Shown here in pieces: positions 63,733 to 64,000 of a DNA stretch of 64,000 bases; the first letter of the stretch is position 1; every line of letters starts with the position of its first letter. A program made the position numbers and the translations under genes. The notes under the pieces were generated by a model, which worked only from the letters and a program-made list of their open reading frames with translations, did not search any database and was not told the origin of the DNA. The stretch is from IMG/VR virus record IMGVR_UViG_3300028800_000001, positions 62,001 to 126,000 of that record; one strand, given 5' to 3'.

Positions 63733-64000
63733 CTACTTGGCTTGCTCTCGCGCCTGCCAGAGCCCAGCAAAGTATGCCAGTTCTCGAAATGCCTTGAAGA
63801 TCACCGCAGGGTTTGCCCCTGTTGATTTGCCTGCCTTACGCGGTAAATGCTTCACGCCCACCTCTGTGTAAGAATATCCAGCGCGGATAAACTTATAGAC
63901 CACTTCGGTAGACAGGAGCGCGCCCCGCGCCTCTATTTTCACTGATTGAAAATATTCGGTACGAAATAGTTTAAAGGCACAGTCAACATCTTTGATGGAG
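63733..64000 (-). CDS. glycosyltransferase family 2, C-terminal part (runs off window)
   Basis: DVDCAFKLFR...EVGVKHLPRKAGKSTGA. Confidence 0.85.
   Translation of the reverse strand, partial: SIKDVDCAFKLFRTEYFQSVKIEARGALLSTEVVYKFIRAGYSYTEVGVKHLPRKAGKSTGANPAVIFKAFRELAYFAGLWQAREQAK

Larger units (their letters stand above)
1..64000 (-). mobile_element. Large phage genome segment (early/accessory region)
   Basis: Co-oriented short ORFs with overlapping start/stop codons, repeated strong sigma70 promoters, RNA repair genes, phage-type sigma, resolvase and dCMP deaminase; no housekeeping operons; no virion genes in window. Confidence 0.85.

Noticed and set aside
1-64000. tRNA, rRNA, retron/RT, integrase or virion genes
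   Set aside because: None recognised by eye; intergenic gaps are short and mostly accounted for by promoters and hairpins

Overview
This is a 64-kb segment of a large (jumbo-type) bacteriophage or phage-like element. About 120 short, tightly packed genes lie almost all on the minus strand, mostly hypothetical, with no virion genes, integrase, tRNA or CRISPR array seen. It looks like an early/accessory region grading into a middle region at the right end (sigma factor, dCMP deaminase, VWA + MoxR AAA, Holliday-junction resolvase, GT2). Several proteins look Ktedonobacteria-like (inference from recalled family resemblance). Recognisable cargo includes two RNA ligases plus PNK/phosphatase, a RelA/SpoT-type HD hydrolase, ClpS, tandem HNH genes, a wHTH-globin fusion (the only long + strand gene) and a complete non-autonomous IscB/omegaRNA element. 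The most striking structure is non-coding. There are 17 copies of a module TTTCTGAAAATAC-N~12-TTGACN-N17-TATACT, many followed by a shared RBS leader TTCAAGGAGAA. Several -35/-10 spacers are complementary to their own downstream RBS. Two promoters drive stem-loop RNAs whose loops are anti-RBS sequences, one a perfect 15-nt complement of the shared leader. Together these suggest an RNA-based translational control layer on a shuffleable promoter-cassette array. All calls are by eye; no searches were run.
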